Source: Podarcis filfolensis (Eukaryota). Taken from it: DNA of 64,000 nucleotides. The notes beneath the pieces are model-generated. The model did no database searches. It was not told the origin of the DNA and was given only the letters and a program-made list of their open reading frames with translations. The first letter of the stretch is position 1; every line of letters begins with the position of its first letter. A program made the translations under genes and the position numbers. The stretch lies in NCBI GenBank assembly GCA_964270895.1, contig OZ185453.1, one strand, 5' to 3'. Shown piece after piece: positions 12,446 to 23,476 of this stretch.

Positions 12446-12788
12446 AAGGTAAAGGGACCCCTGACCATTAGGTCCAGTCGTGACCGACTCTGGGTGCTCA
12501 TCTCGCTCTATGGGCCGAGGGAGCCGGTGTACAGCTTCCGGTCATGTGGCCAGCATGACTGAGGCGCTTCTGGCGAACCAGAGCAGCGCACAGAAACGCC
12601 GTTTACCTTCCCGCCGGAGTGGTACCTATTTATCTACTTGCACTTTGACATGCTTTCAAACTGCTAGGTTGGCAGGAGCAGGGACCGAGCAACGGGAGCT
12701 CACCCTGTCCCGGGGATTCGAACCGCCGACCTTCTGATCAGAAAGTCCTAGGCTCTGTGGTTTAACCCACAGCGCCACCTGTGTCCCA
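12446..12788 (-). mobile_element. Sauria SINE, full length
   Basis: Perfect 11-bp TSD atagggtggta at 12435-12445 and 12789-12799. Confidence 0.95.
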
Positions 12789-13513
12789 ATAGGGTGGTAT
12801 ATAAATTCAATTAGAGTAATAATAATAATATTCTGGATCAGGGATGGGGAACCGAAGTAGCACTCTAGATGTTGTTGAGGTCCCATCAAGCACAGCCAGC
12901 AAAGACTGGGAGGATGGGAGCAGCTGCCCAGAAACATCTGGCGAGTTATCTCTGTGCTACAAGGTGCATCGTGAAATTCATACCTGCAGCTTCTCTTCCT
13001 GTGACACAGCCACACTAAATCAAAGCCTATGGGCTGCTTGCAGCTTCCCCCTTTTCTTCCTTCAACCCACTCCAGGGGGGCGGGGTGTAGATTTGAAATA
13101 CTAATTGTTCGCAGCACTCTCTCCCATGGAAATGCAAAGAGACTGCCCAAATCCATCAGGAAAAGATGCCTGCATAACTCATTCTTGGGATTCGGAATAG
13201 TATGACAGAGCTGGAGTGAAAGCCTTGTGTGGTGTTTGCCAGTAAGTGTGTTGAAGGAAAAGGAGAGGGGAGGACAAAAAGAGATGGAAGGGTGTGGGGA
13301 GAGATTCCCCTGTGGCTGGGGAAAAATGAAATATTGGTGGAAAGAGACAGTGAGAGAAGGAAGTGTGACTTAGAAAGAGATGAGAGAGCAGTGTGGTACA
13401 TGAAGTTTGGGAAGAGAAAGAGGGGAGGGAACAGAAAACAAGAGCAGAGGTAGTGGGTGCAGATTTCTAGTGGTGCAGAGAAACAGGGAGGGGGAAAGAG
13501 TCCTATGAAGTAC

Positions 13514-13803
13514 AGATTCATGGAATTGTAGCGCTGGAAGGGACCACAAGGGTCATCTAGTGTCAAGCATCCCGAAACTCGGCCCTCCAGCCGAATTCAC
13601 ATCATCCCTGACCACTGGTCCTGTTAGCTAGGGATGATGGGAGTTGTAGTCCCAAAACAGCTGGAGGGCCAAGTTTGGGGATGCCTGAGTCTAGTCCAAC
13701 CCTCTGCAATGCAGGAATCCTGTCCACAGCTACCTCTGGGTGGGCTTGAACCACCAACCTTCTGGTTAACAGCCCAACGTGTTGACCCATTGCACCACGG
13801 GGA
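13514..13803 (-). mobile_element. tRNA-Asn-like-headed SINE with CR1-type 3' tail, interrupted by a MITE
   Basis: Minus-strand head tccccgtggtgcaatgggtcaacacgttgggctgttaaccagaaggttggtggttcaagcccacccag, with anticodon loop CTGTTAA. Followed by cctgcattgcagagggttggactaga...cccttccagcgctacaattccatgaatct. Confidence 0.75.
13564..13687. mobile_element. hAT-like palindromic MITE nested in the SINE
   Basis: TIRs caagcatcccgaaactcggccctccag / ctggagggccaagtttggggatgcctg. The host tctagt is duplicated on both sides; TSD imperfect. Confidence 0.8.
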
Positions 13804-14102
13804 AGAGGGAGGGTTAGCAGTGAAAAGAGTTCAGGAAACAGGATGCACTATGAGAGCCCCTAAGAAAATGGAGGCTAAAAGAAAAGGATAGAAACACACA
13901 CAAAAATGCTCTTTCATGGTAAATATAGCCCCTTAACATTAGTAATAAATATAAGAATGGCCCCCAAAATTATCTGGGTTTTGTAGCTCAGCCATATAGT
14001 GACAGCAAGATCCTTCAAAGAGAAAAAAAAATTAACATACTGTAGAACAATTTGCATTTTTATGTTCTGCTCAGAAACAGCTTCACCATCTTGATTTAGG
14101 CA

Positions 14103-14315
14103 ATATATTTTATTTTTTTAAAAAAGTTGTCCAGTAGCACCTTAGAGACCAACTAAGTTTGTTCTTGGTATAAGCTTTCGTGTGCGAAGAAGTATGCGTG
14201 CACATGAAAGCTTATACCAAGAACAAACTTAGTTGGTCTCTAAGGTGCTGCTGGACAATTTTTTTATTCTTTTATATATTTCGACTGCATCAGACCAACA
14301 CGGCTACCTACCTGA
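14103..14315. mobile_element. Penelope-like element LTR fragment with inverted duplication
   Basis: Inverted arms ccagtagcaccttagagaccaactaagtttgttcttggtataagctttc / gaaagcttataccaagaacaaacttagttggtctctaaggtgctgctgg. Perfect 15-bp TSD atcttgatttaggca at 14088-14102 and 14316-14330. Confidence 0.82.
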
Positions 14316-15782
14316 ATCTTGATTTAGGCACAATAACTATTTTTCAACTGTGGAAAGTGGAGGTGTTAATTCACTGAATAATCAATCTAAAGCTCAGTGA
14401 TATATCACTGATATATCAGTGAAATTGTAATCAATGGCATTCTGGTGACACTTTGTGGAGGGCGAGGGTATTTTGGTTCAAATATGCTACTATAATAGGG
14501 AATTTTAAAAGGGAAATAATTAAACACGGCCCTCCATCTAAGCATGAGCTTGCGCTCCTACTGATGTTTTGGTTCCATGCAAATCTCTTTAAATTGAGTT
14601 AGGAGACAGGATGAGTTTATCATATAAAACATCTTGAATATATTTATTGCCTCATTCCAATAGTTCTTTTATTATGAGAGGAAAAGATTGCAAGAAGGCC
14701 TTCAGTCACTAGGCACGGCTACAGATCATGCCCTGCTCATTAACTTCCTCGTAAGGCAAAGATGATCTCAGGCAGCCTCGCCATTTATTTCCTGGAGCCA
14801 AAGATGTCTACCTAACAACTCAGCATAGCTACACCCACTGTATAAACAAGTACAAAACCCACATGAGGTTTATTGCTGCAACAAGTGGACAAGGTTTCAC
14901 ATGAAAATATCACAAGACAAGGCTGGCTGCAGAGCAGGGCACCATCCAAAATTTGGGTGAGGAAGCAGAACAATAGGCTATCCAGTCATAAATTACCAAG
15001 AAATAAGTTTTGCTAGAGAAGATAACAGGCAGGTTAGGAATACAAAAGGTTTATCTCAATTTTTTTATTTTAAAAAAAGCCATAACAGTCTGGGACTGCT
15101 TAAACTCAAACTGGCCTACAAAAGCGATCAGTCCTATCCTCGCTTCTTCCAATTTCGACTTAACTGCCATGAATTTAAGGACTGTCGGGAACTGTGGGAA
15201 GCCAGCCCTCCTGAAGGAAACTCGGAATTCCACAGAAACACACTGTCCAAGGTTCTCTTTCCAGTTAAATCAGTTTCAAGCTGGTTTCAATTTGCAGTGC
15301 AGATTTGACAGAACTATTTTAACCACACGCTCCCTCTGGGCAAACCCCACTGCAGCGCCCGTATGTACTGTAAACTCTGCCCGCATTATTTGTTAACTGT
15401 TATCAATATGGAGATGGACACTTTTTTACGCCGTATTTATATCTTTAATGCTGCTTTTATTGCTCTCGGTTTTTTATTTATTTAAAAGTAACGGTTTTGT
15501 TTCTAGTGGAAAACCACCCTGTGAAGTTTATTATACGGCAGCCTATAAAGGGGCCAATCAAATAAATAAAGCAAAACAACTGACTGCAAGACAGGAGATT
15601 CCGACAAACTTCAGGAAAAACTCTGACAGCAAGAGCCGTTCAACAGTGGAATGGTATCCCTCTTGAGGTTGTGGACTCTCCTTCCTTGAAGGTTTTTAAG
15701 GAGAAGTTGGATGGCCATCAGTCATGCATGCTTTAGCTGAGTTTCCTGCAACGCAGAGGGTTGGATTCGATGACCCTCAGGG

Positions 15783-16884
15783 TATGGCTACCATATTTTT
15801 GTCAATAAATCCTGGGTTTTGTTTTCTTTTTAAAACTGAGTAGCAACAGGACGCGGATGGCGCTGTGGGTTAAACCACAGAGCCTAGGACTTGCAGATCA
15901 GAAGGTCAGTGGTTCGAATCCCCGCGATGGGGTGAGCTCCCGTTGCTCGGTCCCTGCTCCTGCCCACCTAGCAGTTCGAAAGCACTTCAAAGTGCAAGTA
16001 GATAAATAGGTACCACTCCGGCGGGAAGGTAAACGGCGTTTCCATGCCCTGCTCCGGTTCACCAGAAGCGGCTTAGTCATGCTGGCCACATGATCCGGAA
16101 GCTGTATGCCGGCTCCCTTGGCCAATAAAGCAAGATGAGCGCCACAGAGTTGGTCACGACTGGACCTAATGGTCAGGGGTCCCTTGACCTTTACCACATT
16201 ATAACCAGGATGGTTCACAGAATAAAATGAAAATATAAAACTGCAAGATACACCATCAAAACAAAAATAAGAACAATCTAATAACCAGTGGTTACATGGC
16301 TTACTTTCCACTTTCCACTTGCCAAATTAGAAAATATGGTCAGGGGTCCCTTTCTTTACCTTTTAACAACAGGGAGTCAGTAGTGGGTATGGTGAGGCAA
16401 AAGACCCTGGGCCCAAGCACACATGCATATTGCATAAAAGTGCAAAGCCCTTGTTTTGCACCCAGTGAAACATAAATGTGCAGTTTTTTTAAAAAAAACC
16501 TGGGCAACGGCACGCCGCTCGCCCGTGACTCCCAAGCCTTCCCCAATCTCCTTCCCCCTTTGTTTTGACAGATCAGGGGAGGCCCGGGAGACATGGGCGG
16601 GTGGCCATTGCCCAAGAGGGGCCAGCCTGGTAGTGCAGTTGGCTCTGGCTGGCTTCAGGAGCTGCTCACTGCTCGCTGCCGTGACACAGGAAAAATGGCG
16701 GGTGCCACGGCAGCGGGCAGCTCCTGAAGCCAGCCAGAGCCAACTGCGCTAACAGGCTGGCTCCGGGCTGCTGAGGCTGCTGCTGTCACGTTTCCCAGGG
16801 ACAGATTTGCAAATCTGGGGACACTCCAGGGACGCAATTTGTCCAGGGACAAATTTGCAAATACGGGGACGTCTGGTAACTCTA
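15783..16884. mobile_element. hAT non-autonomous element hosting a SINE composite
   Basis: Termini tatggctaccata / tctggtaactcta. Perfect 8-bp TSD cctcaggg at 15775-15782 and 16885-16892. Confidence 0.8.
15849..16363 (+). mobile_element. Sauria SINE plus captured 146-bp flank plus second SINE tail
   Basis: Full SINE 15849-16191, inverted copy of 12300-12445 at 16192-16337, and a second tail atggtcaggggtccctttctttacctttt. Flanked by ta(g/a)caacagg at 15841-15850 and 16364-16373. Confidence 0.88.
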
Positions 16885-17965
16885 CCTCAGGGTCCCTTCC
16901 AACTCTACAATTCTAAGATTCTTACCTTGCAGTAAAAGCCTAACAGGAAGATGGAAGCCCTTATCCTTCTCATTTCCTTACTTGAAACTTAACAACAACC
17001 GTTGAACTCTCCCCTTTACTGTGTGAGAAAGTCTGAGATTGAGAAGAGAGAATCCTAGGGTAGGTACTTGCACTACAGTCCCAGCTATGTTTACTGGAAG
17101 TAAATCTCACTGCGTTTATAAGAGTGTACAGCCACCGTAAGCAAGCATCTAGAAAATAATTGATAATTGAGGCCACATGCTAAGAACAGACAAGTCCAAC
17201 AGTCTGGGGGAGAGGCGGGGAAGGGAAAGAGGAAGGCTGGCTTCTTGCAATTGGCTACTGTAAAGCCTTTGCTCTCAGTGTAAATTGGCAATTCCCAATT
17301 GTTCCCAGGTTGGCAGAGACAGTTCTCAATTCTAGGCATCCTTCCCAGACCAGAAAGCATTTCCACAGATTCCAAATACTGGCGCAGAACACACATAGGA
17401 GGCAATGAAAGTACACCTTGATAGCAACAAAGCCATTATTTTTGCCCCCACGAGTCAGAAATATAACAGGCAAACTTGAGAAACGGAGGAAGGGAGGGAA
17501 AGGCAGTGTGTTCTGATCAATTTCTTTTTAGAATTTGCCTTCATTTCACCCCAAATACTATTCAGCAAATTTCATACACACACACACACACACACAGACA
17601 CACACAATTTGGGCAGAAATCTTTGGGAGGCAATTTTCAAACAGCCCTTGCTATTTACCAAGGGGTGTTAGGTGATCACTGGCCGTTTGGTTAGGCTGCT
17701 GAAGCCACAGATCACAATAAGCAGGACTGCAAAGATAAAAGTCGCAGAAGCAAACACAGAAAACATAGGAAGTAAAAAAGAAAAGGTGTGAAACCTATTT
17801 TGAGCACCACTGCCACGCTGGAATTCAAAGTATTTAGACCTGAAGCTATTTCTTAGAAGTGAATAAATGATACTCGTGTCCTGGAATTTTAATGCAAATA
17901 GATCAAGTCTGTGTACTGATTTGAAGAAAGAGGTGTTCCAGGAAACATTGGGGTTCTGAGCCTAA

Positions 17966-18502
17966 GTTCTACGTGGGGCTACCTTTGAAGGTGTCCCAGA
18001 AACTGCAGAACTGCAGAAATCCAGAATGCGACAGCAAGACTGGTGACTGGGAGTGGCCGTCGGGACCGTATAACACCGGTCCTGAGAGATCTGCATTGGC
18101 TCCCAGTACGTTTCCGAGCACAATTCAAAGTGTTGGTGCTGACCTTTAAAGCCCTAAACGGCCTCGGTCCTGTATACCTGAAGGAGTGTCTCCACCCCCA
18201 TCGTTCAGCCCGGAAACTGAGATCCAGCGCTGAGGGCCTTCTGGCGGTTCCCTCATTGCGAGAAGTGAGGTTACAGGGAACCAGACATATGGGCCTTCTC
18301 GGTAGTGGCGCCCACCCTGTGGAACACCCTCCCTTCAGATGTGAAGGAAATAAGCAGCTATCTTATCTTTAAAAGACATCTGAAGACAGCCCTATTTAGG
18401 GAAGTTTTTAATGTTTAATGCTGTATTGTTTTTAACACTTGATTGGAAGCCGCCCAGAGTGGCTGGGGAAACTCAGCCAGATGGGCGGGGTATAAATAAT
18501 AA

Positions 18503-18559
<57 letters not shown>
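17966..18559 (+). mobile_element. Young L2-type LINE 3' fragment with (TTA)n tail
   Basis: ORF 18043-18372 includes ITPVLRDLHWLPVRFRAQFKVLVLTFKALNGLGPVYLKE, the L2 ORF C-terminus. 3' UTR ends ccagatgggcggggtataaat followed by a TTA array. Confidence 0.9.
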
Positions 18560-19984
18560 TCCATCCCCACCAAGGTGCATCTGCATGTTCACTATACAGC
18601 TTTTGGCAAATACTGAAGACACAACTCTTTATCCTGGCCTTTGACACTTGAGATTTGTGTTTTCAGGACACATTCCATCCCTGCGACTGAAACTTGTCTT
18701 AACTGTTTTTAATTCTGAACCTGCTAGCAAAGGTTGGGTACTCAATTTAATAGCAGCAATGTCAAAATGAGCAAAGTTGTGGCCCATCCAAACAAACTAC
18801 ATCCTAGTCAAGTCCTCAAGAGCTCCTATGTTTTGTGGCTGCCATCAGGTAGCAAAACAAAAGATTTAACTGAATCCCCGGTAGGCAGGTAGCCATGCCT
18901 GTAAGGTGACAAGTTGTGCAAGGCTGCTTGGCCCCTGTACAAGTGACGCACTATTGTGCAAGCAATCAAAATGGGGAAGGGAACAAGCCACTTCTTTTCC
19001 TATTGGTGTAGACTCCCAGACTTTTGCTTTGCCTGCATGTTATAGGGGTTCCTGAGTGCAGTGCCTCTTTCCACCTTGGAGACTATGGCAGAACCAAGAA
19101 GAACTCTTATAATATCACCATGAACTGAATGAGTGTGAGCCTTTGGCCGGGAGGTGGGAGGAAAAATGGCATTACTCCTGTTCTTACAATACATGGAAAG
19201 AAGACAGCAATAAGCTACGACGTGTCCTTCTGAATAACCTCTGCAGTAGCTAATGCTGTTTGCTTAGGACTGTCAAGAGTGTAGCCTTATTTGGATAGAA
19301 GGGAGCATTCCTATTTGCAATAACTCAAGTCCTGCAGTTTGGGCCTGATATTAACTAAATGCTTCAAGAAAGGAGGAAAAACAGCACACCGGGAGAACTT
19401 GGGTAGAATCACTGAGCTGCTAAGCAGGCAGAATTCAAAACCAAGACATACTTTTTTAAAGTCTCTGTGAGTCTGAAGGCAGCCAAACAAGAGCTAGCAC
19501 TTGCACCTTGGTTGTTATCAGAGCATGTGAAGTGTGAAAGGAACAAACAAATCAGCTGGTCCATCTCCAAACCTTGCATTTCTTGCCCAAACTTTGCAGT
19601 CAAATCATTAAGATTTTGCAAAAGGTTGGCTTCTGCAAGTCTCAGTGTTGCAGATGCTCAGTGTTGCAGACAGGGGTGTGTCTGCATATCTGAAAGTGCA
19701 GTTTCATCTTTCAGTACTGCAATTATTTAACAATGAGGGCAGATTCCCCTTATTTCAGATGAGATCAGGTTCCTCTAAAACAGCCTCCAACAACCTTGGG
19801 TCCCCAGATGCTGTTAAACTACGGCCTTTATCATACCCAGCCAATGGCCAAATGTGATGAGGAGTTAGAGTCCAACATGGCAGCTCTGAAGAGAGAGAGC
19901 AAGTTAGAGATCTGCTCTTCGGGCTTGGGCTCAGAAGCTACACATCAAGAGCATCTGTCCTGAAAGTTGCCCTACATCCTAGTA

Positions 19985-20236
19985 CAGCCATACCTCATGT
20001 TACGTCCGCTTCATGTTACGTTCTTTCAGGTTACGTCCCGCGGCGACCCGGGAGTACCGGAAAGGGTTACTTCCAGGTTTCGCCGCTTGCGCATGCGCGA
20101 AATGACGTCATGCGCATGCGCAGAAGCGGCAAATCGCAACCCGCACGTACGCAGATGCGCCACTGCAGGTTGCACTCTTTTCATGTTGCGAACGGGCCTC
20201 TGGAACGGATCCCGTCCACAACCAGAGGTACCACTG
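19985..20236. mobile_element. pogo/Tigger-like MITE, CpG-rich
   Basis: TA-flanked. Termini cagccatacctc / gaggtaccactg. Internal ttacg/ttgcg repeats. Confidence 0.8.
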
Positions 20237-20708
20237 TAGAGTCCTTCCCCAGCTCTCTGATATGGTTTGACTGGACTGCACACAGAATTGATCCAATTTA
20301 TTGTACCTTAGAAGTTTGCAGGACTGATTTACCTCTTGCCGTATGCAATGGGCTCTGCTACGTACCTGTAACCTATCCCAAAAACTTAAGGTAAGACTGT
20401 AGAAGCGGTTGGGGAAATAAATGGTTCAGCTTTCTGTCATGCCTTTGAAGAAAGGGCACACCTAATAAATCCAAGAGTCACCAATACACGGCTCAGGAGA
20501 TTTTAGGAAAGAGAGAAGCTAAAGGAAACTGAGAGGCTGCGTCCCAGGGAGGCTGAATAAGAGGGAGATTATATCTGAAGGGACCTGCCTGGTCAGGGAA
20601 CAGGGCATGCAAAACAGAAAGATACAAGGAACTGGAGCAAAGAATGTGCAGAATCAAGATCACACATACAAGGCAGGAAACAGAAGAAATACACAAGGAC
20701 TGCATATA

Positions 20709-20950
20709 CAGTGGTACCTTGGGTTACATACGCTTCAGGTTACATACGCTTCATGTTACAGACTCCGCTAACCCAGAAATATTGCTTCAGGTTAATAACT
20801 TTGCTTCAGGATGAGAACAGAAATTGTGCTCTGGTGGCACGACAGCAGCAGGAGGCCCCATTAGCTAAAGTGGTGGTTCAGGTTAAGAACAGTTTCAGGT
20901 TAAGTACGGACCTCCGGAACGAATTAAGTACTTAACCCGAGGTACCACTG
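20709..20950. mobile_element. pogo/Tigger-like MITE
   Basis: TIR cagtggtacct(t/c)gggtta, TA on both sides. Near-identical to the copy at 62887-63124. Confidence 0.9.
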
Positions 20951-21643
20951 TATATATGGAGAAGGATGTACTATAATATGTTTAGTGAACCAGCCACCCA
21001 GAGTGGATTCAGGCATTAATTTCATTAGTATGATTCCTTGATGTGTCAGAGTATAGACGGGTCATTAGGTTTGTATGTTTTTCAAACCACCTTAGCCCTC
21101 CATATATTTTTAGTTCTTGCCAGTTTTACTGACCTGCAAATTAAAAAGTGTCTCCCCGATGTAACACCTGCAATGGTACCTTGAAAATAAACCCCGAAAC
21201 ATGTGCATTCGCCTGCTTGCTTATACATATCTGTCATTTGCTTGACAAAAAGGTGGGGTCGTTTTCTCTTTTATGCCATAAATATCTCTGCCAGATCACC
21301 TCAAGATTTATTTATTTTTTACTTACTATGGTGACCAGGCAAGTGGCTTCTTACCACTCTGTTATGATATATCTAAATTGGCAAGCGGCATGGTTTTCAC
21401 CTGAAACACATTTCATGGGGTAGTTTCATTGACTTGAAAGCAGAAAATGAATGTTGCCTTCTAGGGCAGGTGCAGACTATAAAATTGCGTAAGTGACCAA
21501 ACCAATCAGGCTTCGGAAAAAGTTCAGTGATTAGGACTGTGTGTTGCTTAAGTAAGATTCTATTAATCAGAAATCTAATAGGGTCTTTTAATTAAGACAC
21601 ATTTGCAAAATGTTCCAGTAGTTAGCTCCTTGTTGTTTTGGAC

Positions 21644-21647
<4 letters not shown>

Positions 21648-21680
<33 letters not shown>
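21648..21680. repeat. (CA)n microsatellite
   Basis: Visible CA array. Confidence 0.95.
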
Positions 21681-21684
<4 letters not shown>

Positions 21685-21833
21685 AAATAAATCTATTTTA
21701 AATTTTGTCTGCTCCTTGCTTCCAATGATCAGCTCCAAGTTTTTACATCATGAACAAGTCCTTCTATATTTCTATCTAGATCTGCTTACATCTGGTTCAC
21801 AGTACTAAATACCTCCTTCTTACAGCAACCCAG

Positions 21834-22062
21834 TAGGGTTGCCATATTTCAAAAAGTGAAAATCAGGTCACAAACATTGTTGAGGGGGAGGAGGCAAAGT
21901 TGTGGAGCTTTTTTTGTTTTTAGTTTTTGAGTAATTTCAGGAAATTTGCCAAAATCTACACTTCTAACATGGGTTGCCATTTCCCGGACATTCCAGCGAT
22001 TTCTGCCCGGACGCAATTTGTGACGGCAAAGTCCAGGAAATTCTGGACGTATAGCAACCCTA
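21834..22062. mobile_element. hAT MITE
   Basis: TIR tagggttgccata / tatagcaacccta. 8-bp TSD ca(a/g)cccag at 21826-21833 and 22063-22070. Confidence 0.85.
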
Positions 22063-22211
22063 CAGCCCAGTAAACCCAAGTCTGTATTATCCCAATATAT
22101 TCCTAAGACGTATTTAGACTCACTGAAAGCATTAGTATGGCAATACTTTCATATGCGCCTTTCCCAATAAGGTCGTCCGTGGGGACCTCCAGAATTCATT
22201 CATTTTTTTTC

Positions 22212-22312
22212 ATAGAATTATTGAGTTGGAAGAGACCCCAAGGGTCATCTAGTCCAACCCTCTGCAATACAGGAATCTCAACTCAAACATCCAAGGCAGA
22301 TGGCCATTCAGC
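22212..22312 (-). mobile_element. CR1-type 3' end fragment
   Basis: catagaattattgagttggaagagaccccaagggtcatctagtccaacc is the reverse complement of the CR1 tail. Confidence 0.75.
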
Positions 22313-23239
22313 TGAGCCCCAGAGCACCTTCACGGGTTGGGCCCGGCTTTGGGGCTAAAACTAAAGAGAGGCTTCTGGACCAGCCCCCATGCCCCCACAG
22401 AATTCCATCCATTATATTTTATCTACACAATCAAAATGAATTTCAGGAACCAAAAAGTCCTATTGAAAAAATATGGCTTTTGAGATGTCTGGCCCCCAAA
22501 ATGGCAACTAGGCATTCCGTTTTGGCCACCGCAACCCTAGTTTAATATTTTCCTTTGGATTGTAACCCAGATTTTCTCCAGAGCTTATAAAGCTGATAAC
22601 TTGCTTCTGTTCTATACAAAACAGCTACAGATAAAAAGAGCTGCATTTTCCCTTCTAAGAACAACAAACTTCTGGTTACGCCTCCTCCATCACTGCAAAA
22701 CCTTGTTCCATATTTGCAACTATTTATACCACACCTCTCATCATCAGAAAAAGAAGTGGGGGGGGGGGGACTAAAACTCCAGAGCCTTGACACTTTGGGT
22801 TAGGTTGGAAAAGAAATCTGATAATAAATGAGGGCAGAGTAAAATCGTCTTTGAAAGCAGCACAAAAGAAGATCTGAGAGATGTAAAAGTTAAAAAGTAT
22901 AGAGAATAGAGAGCAATGAAGAGATGCTGATTTGTAGGAAAATGCAAATCCTAGGAGACCATCACAGAATCTACAGACTGTAAATTTTAAACCAAACACA
23001 TGCATACTTTTTCACACAATTCACAAGACAATTAACCTGTGCATATAATTGCAATGGGAAACTGTGAATGTGAACAGAAGAGATGGTAAAGAGGTTCCTA
23101 AGGTGACTATCAGCCAGAATGCTCAGGGACCACCATCTCATTATTTAGGTGTTCCCAGCCATGTATTATCAAATAAATGAAGAAGAATTAAAAAAAAGAC
23201 ACTTCCATATTTGTCACCCATTTTTCTCAGATCACGATC

Positions 23240-23470
23240 AAGTTGCAAGAAGGGAGATTCCGACCAAACGTCAGGAAGAGCTTTCAGACAGTCAAGAGCT
23301 GGTTCGACAGTGGAAAGGTCTCCCTCAGGATGGGCTCTCCTTCAGTGGAGGTTTTTAAGTAGAGGTTAAATCCATGCCCATCTGTCATGGATGCTTTAAG
23401 TTCAAATTCCTGCACTGCAGAAGGCTAGACTCGACCCTCAGGGTCCCTTCCAACTCTATAATTCTATGAT
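23240..23470 (+). mobile_element. CR1-type LINE 3' end
   Basis: Homologous to 15575-15782. Ends cagggtcccttccaactctataattctatgat. Confidence 0.8.
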
Positions 23471-23476
23471 AATGAG

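Larger units (their letters stand above)
15575..16923 (+). mobile_element. CR1-type LINE 3' end, split by a 1.1-kb hAT insertion
   Basis: CR1-like 3' sequence runs to gatgaccctcaggg (15782) and resumes at cctcagggtcccttccaactctacaattctaagattct (16885-16923), the typical CR1 ATTCTRTG-type tail. Confidence 0.8.

Noticed and set aside
13733-13803. Functional tRNA-Asn gene; likewise tRNA-Ile at 40.3, 42.5 and 45.5 kb
   Set aside because: Stems carry many substitutions and each is fused to a CR1 tail, so these are SINE heads, not tRNA genes.
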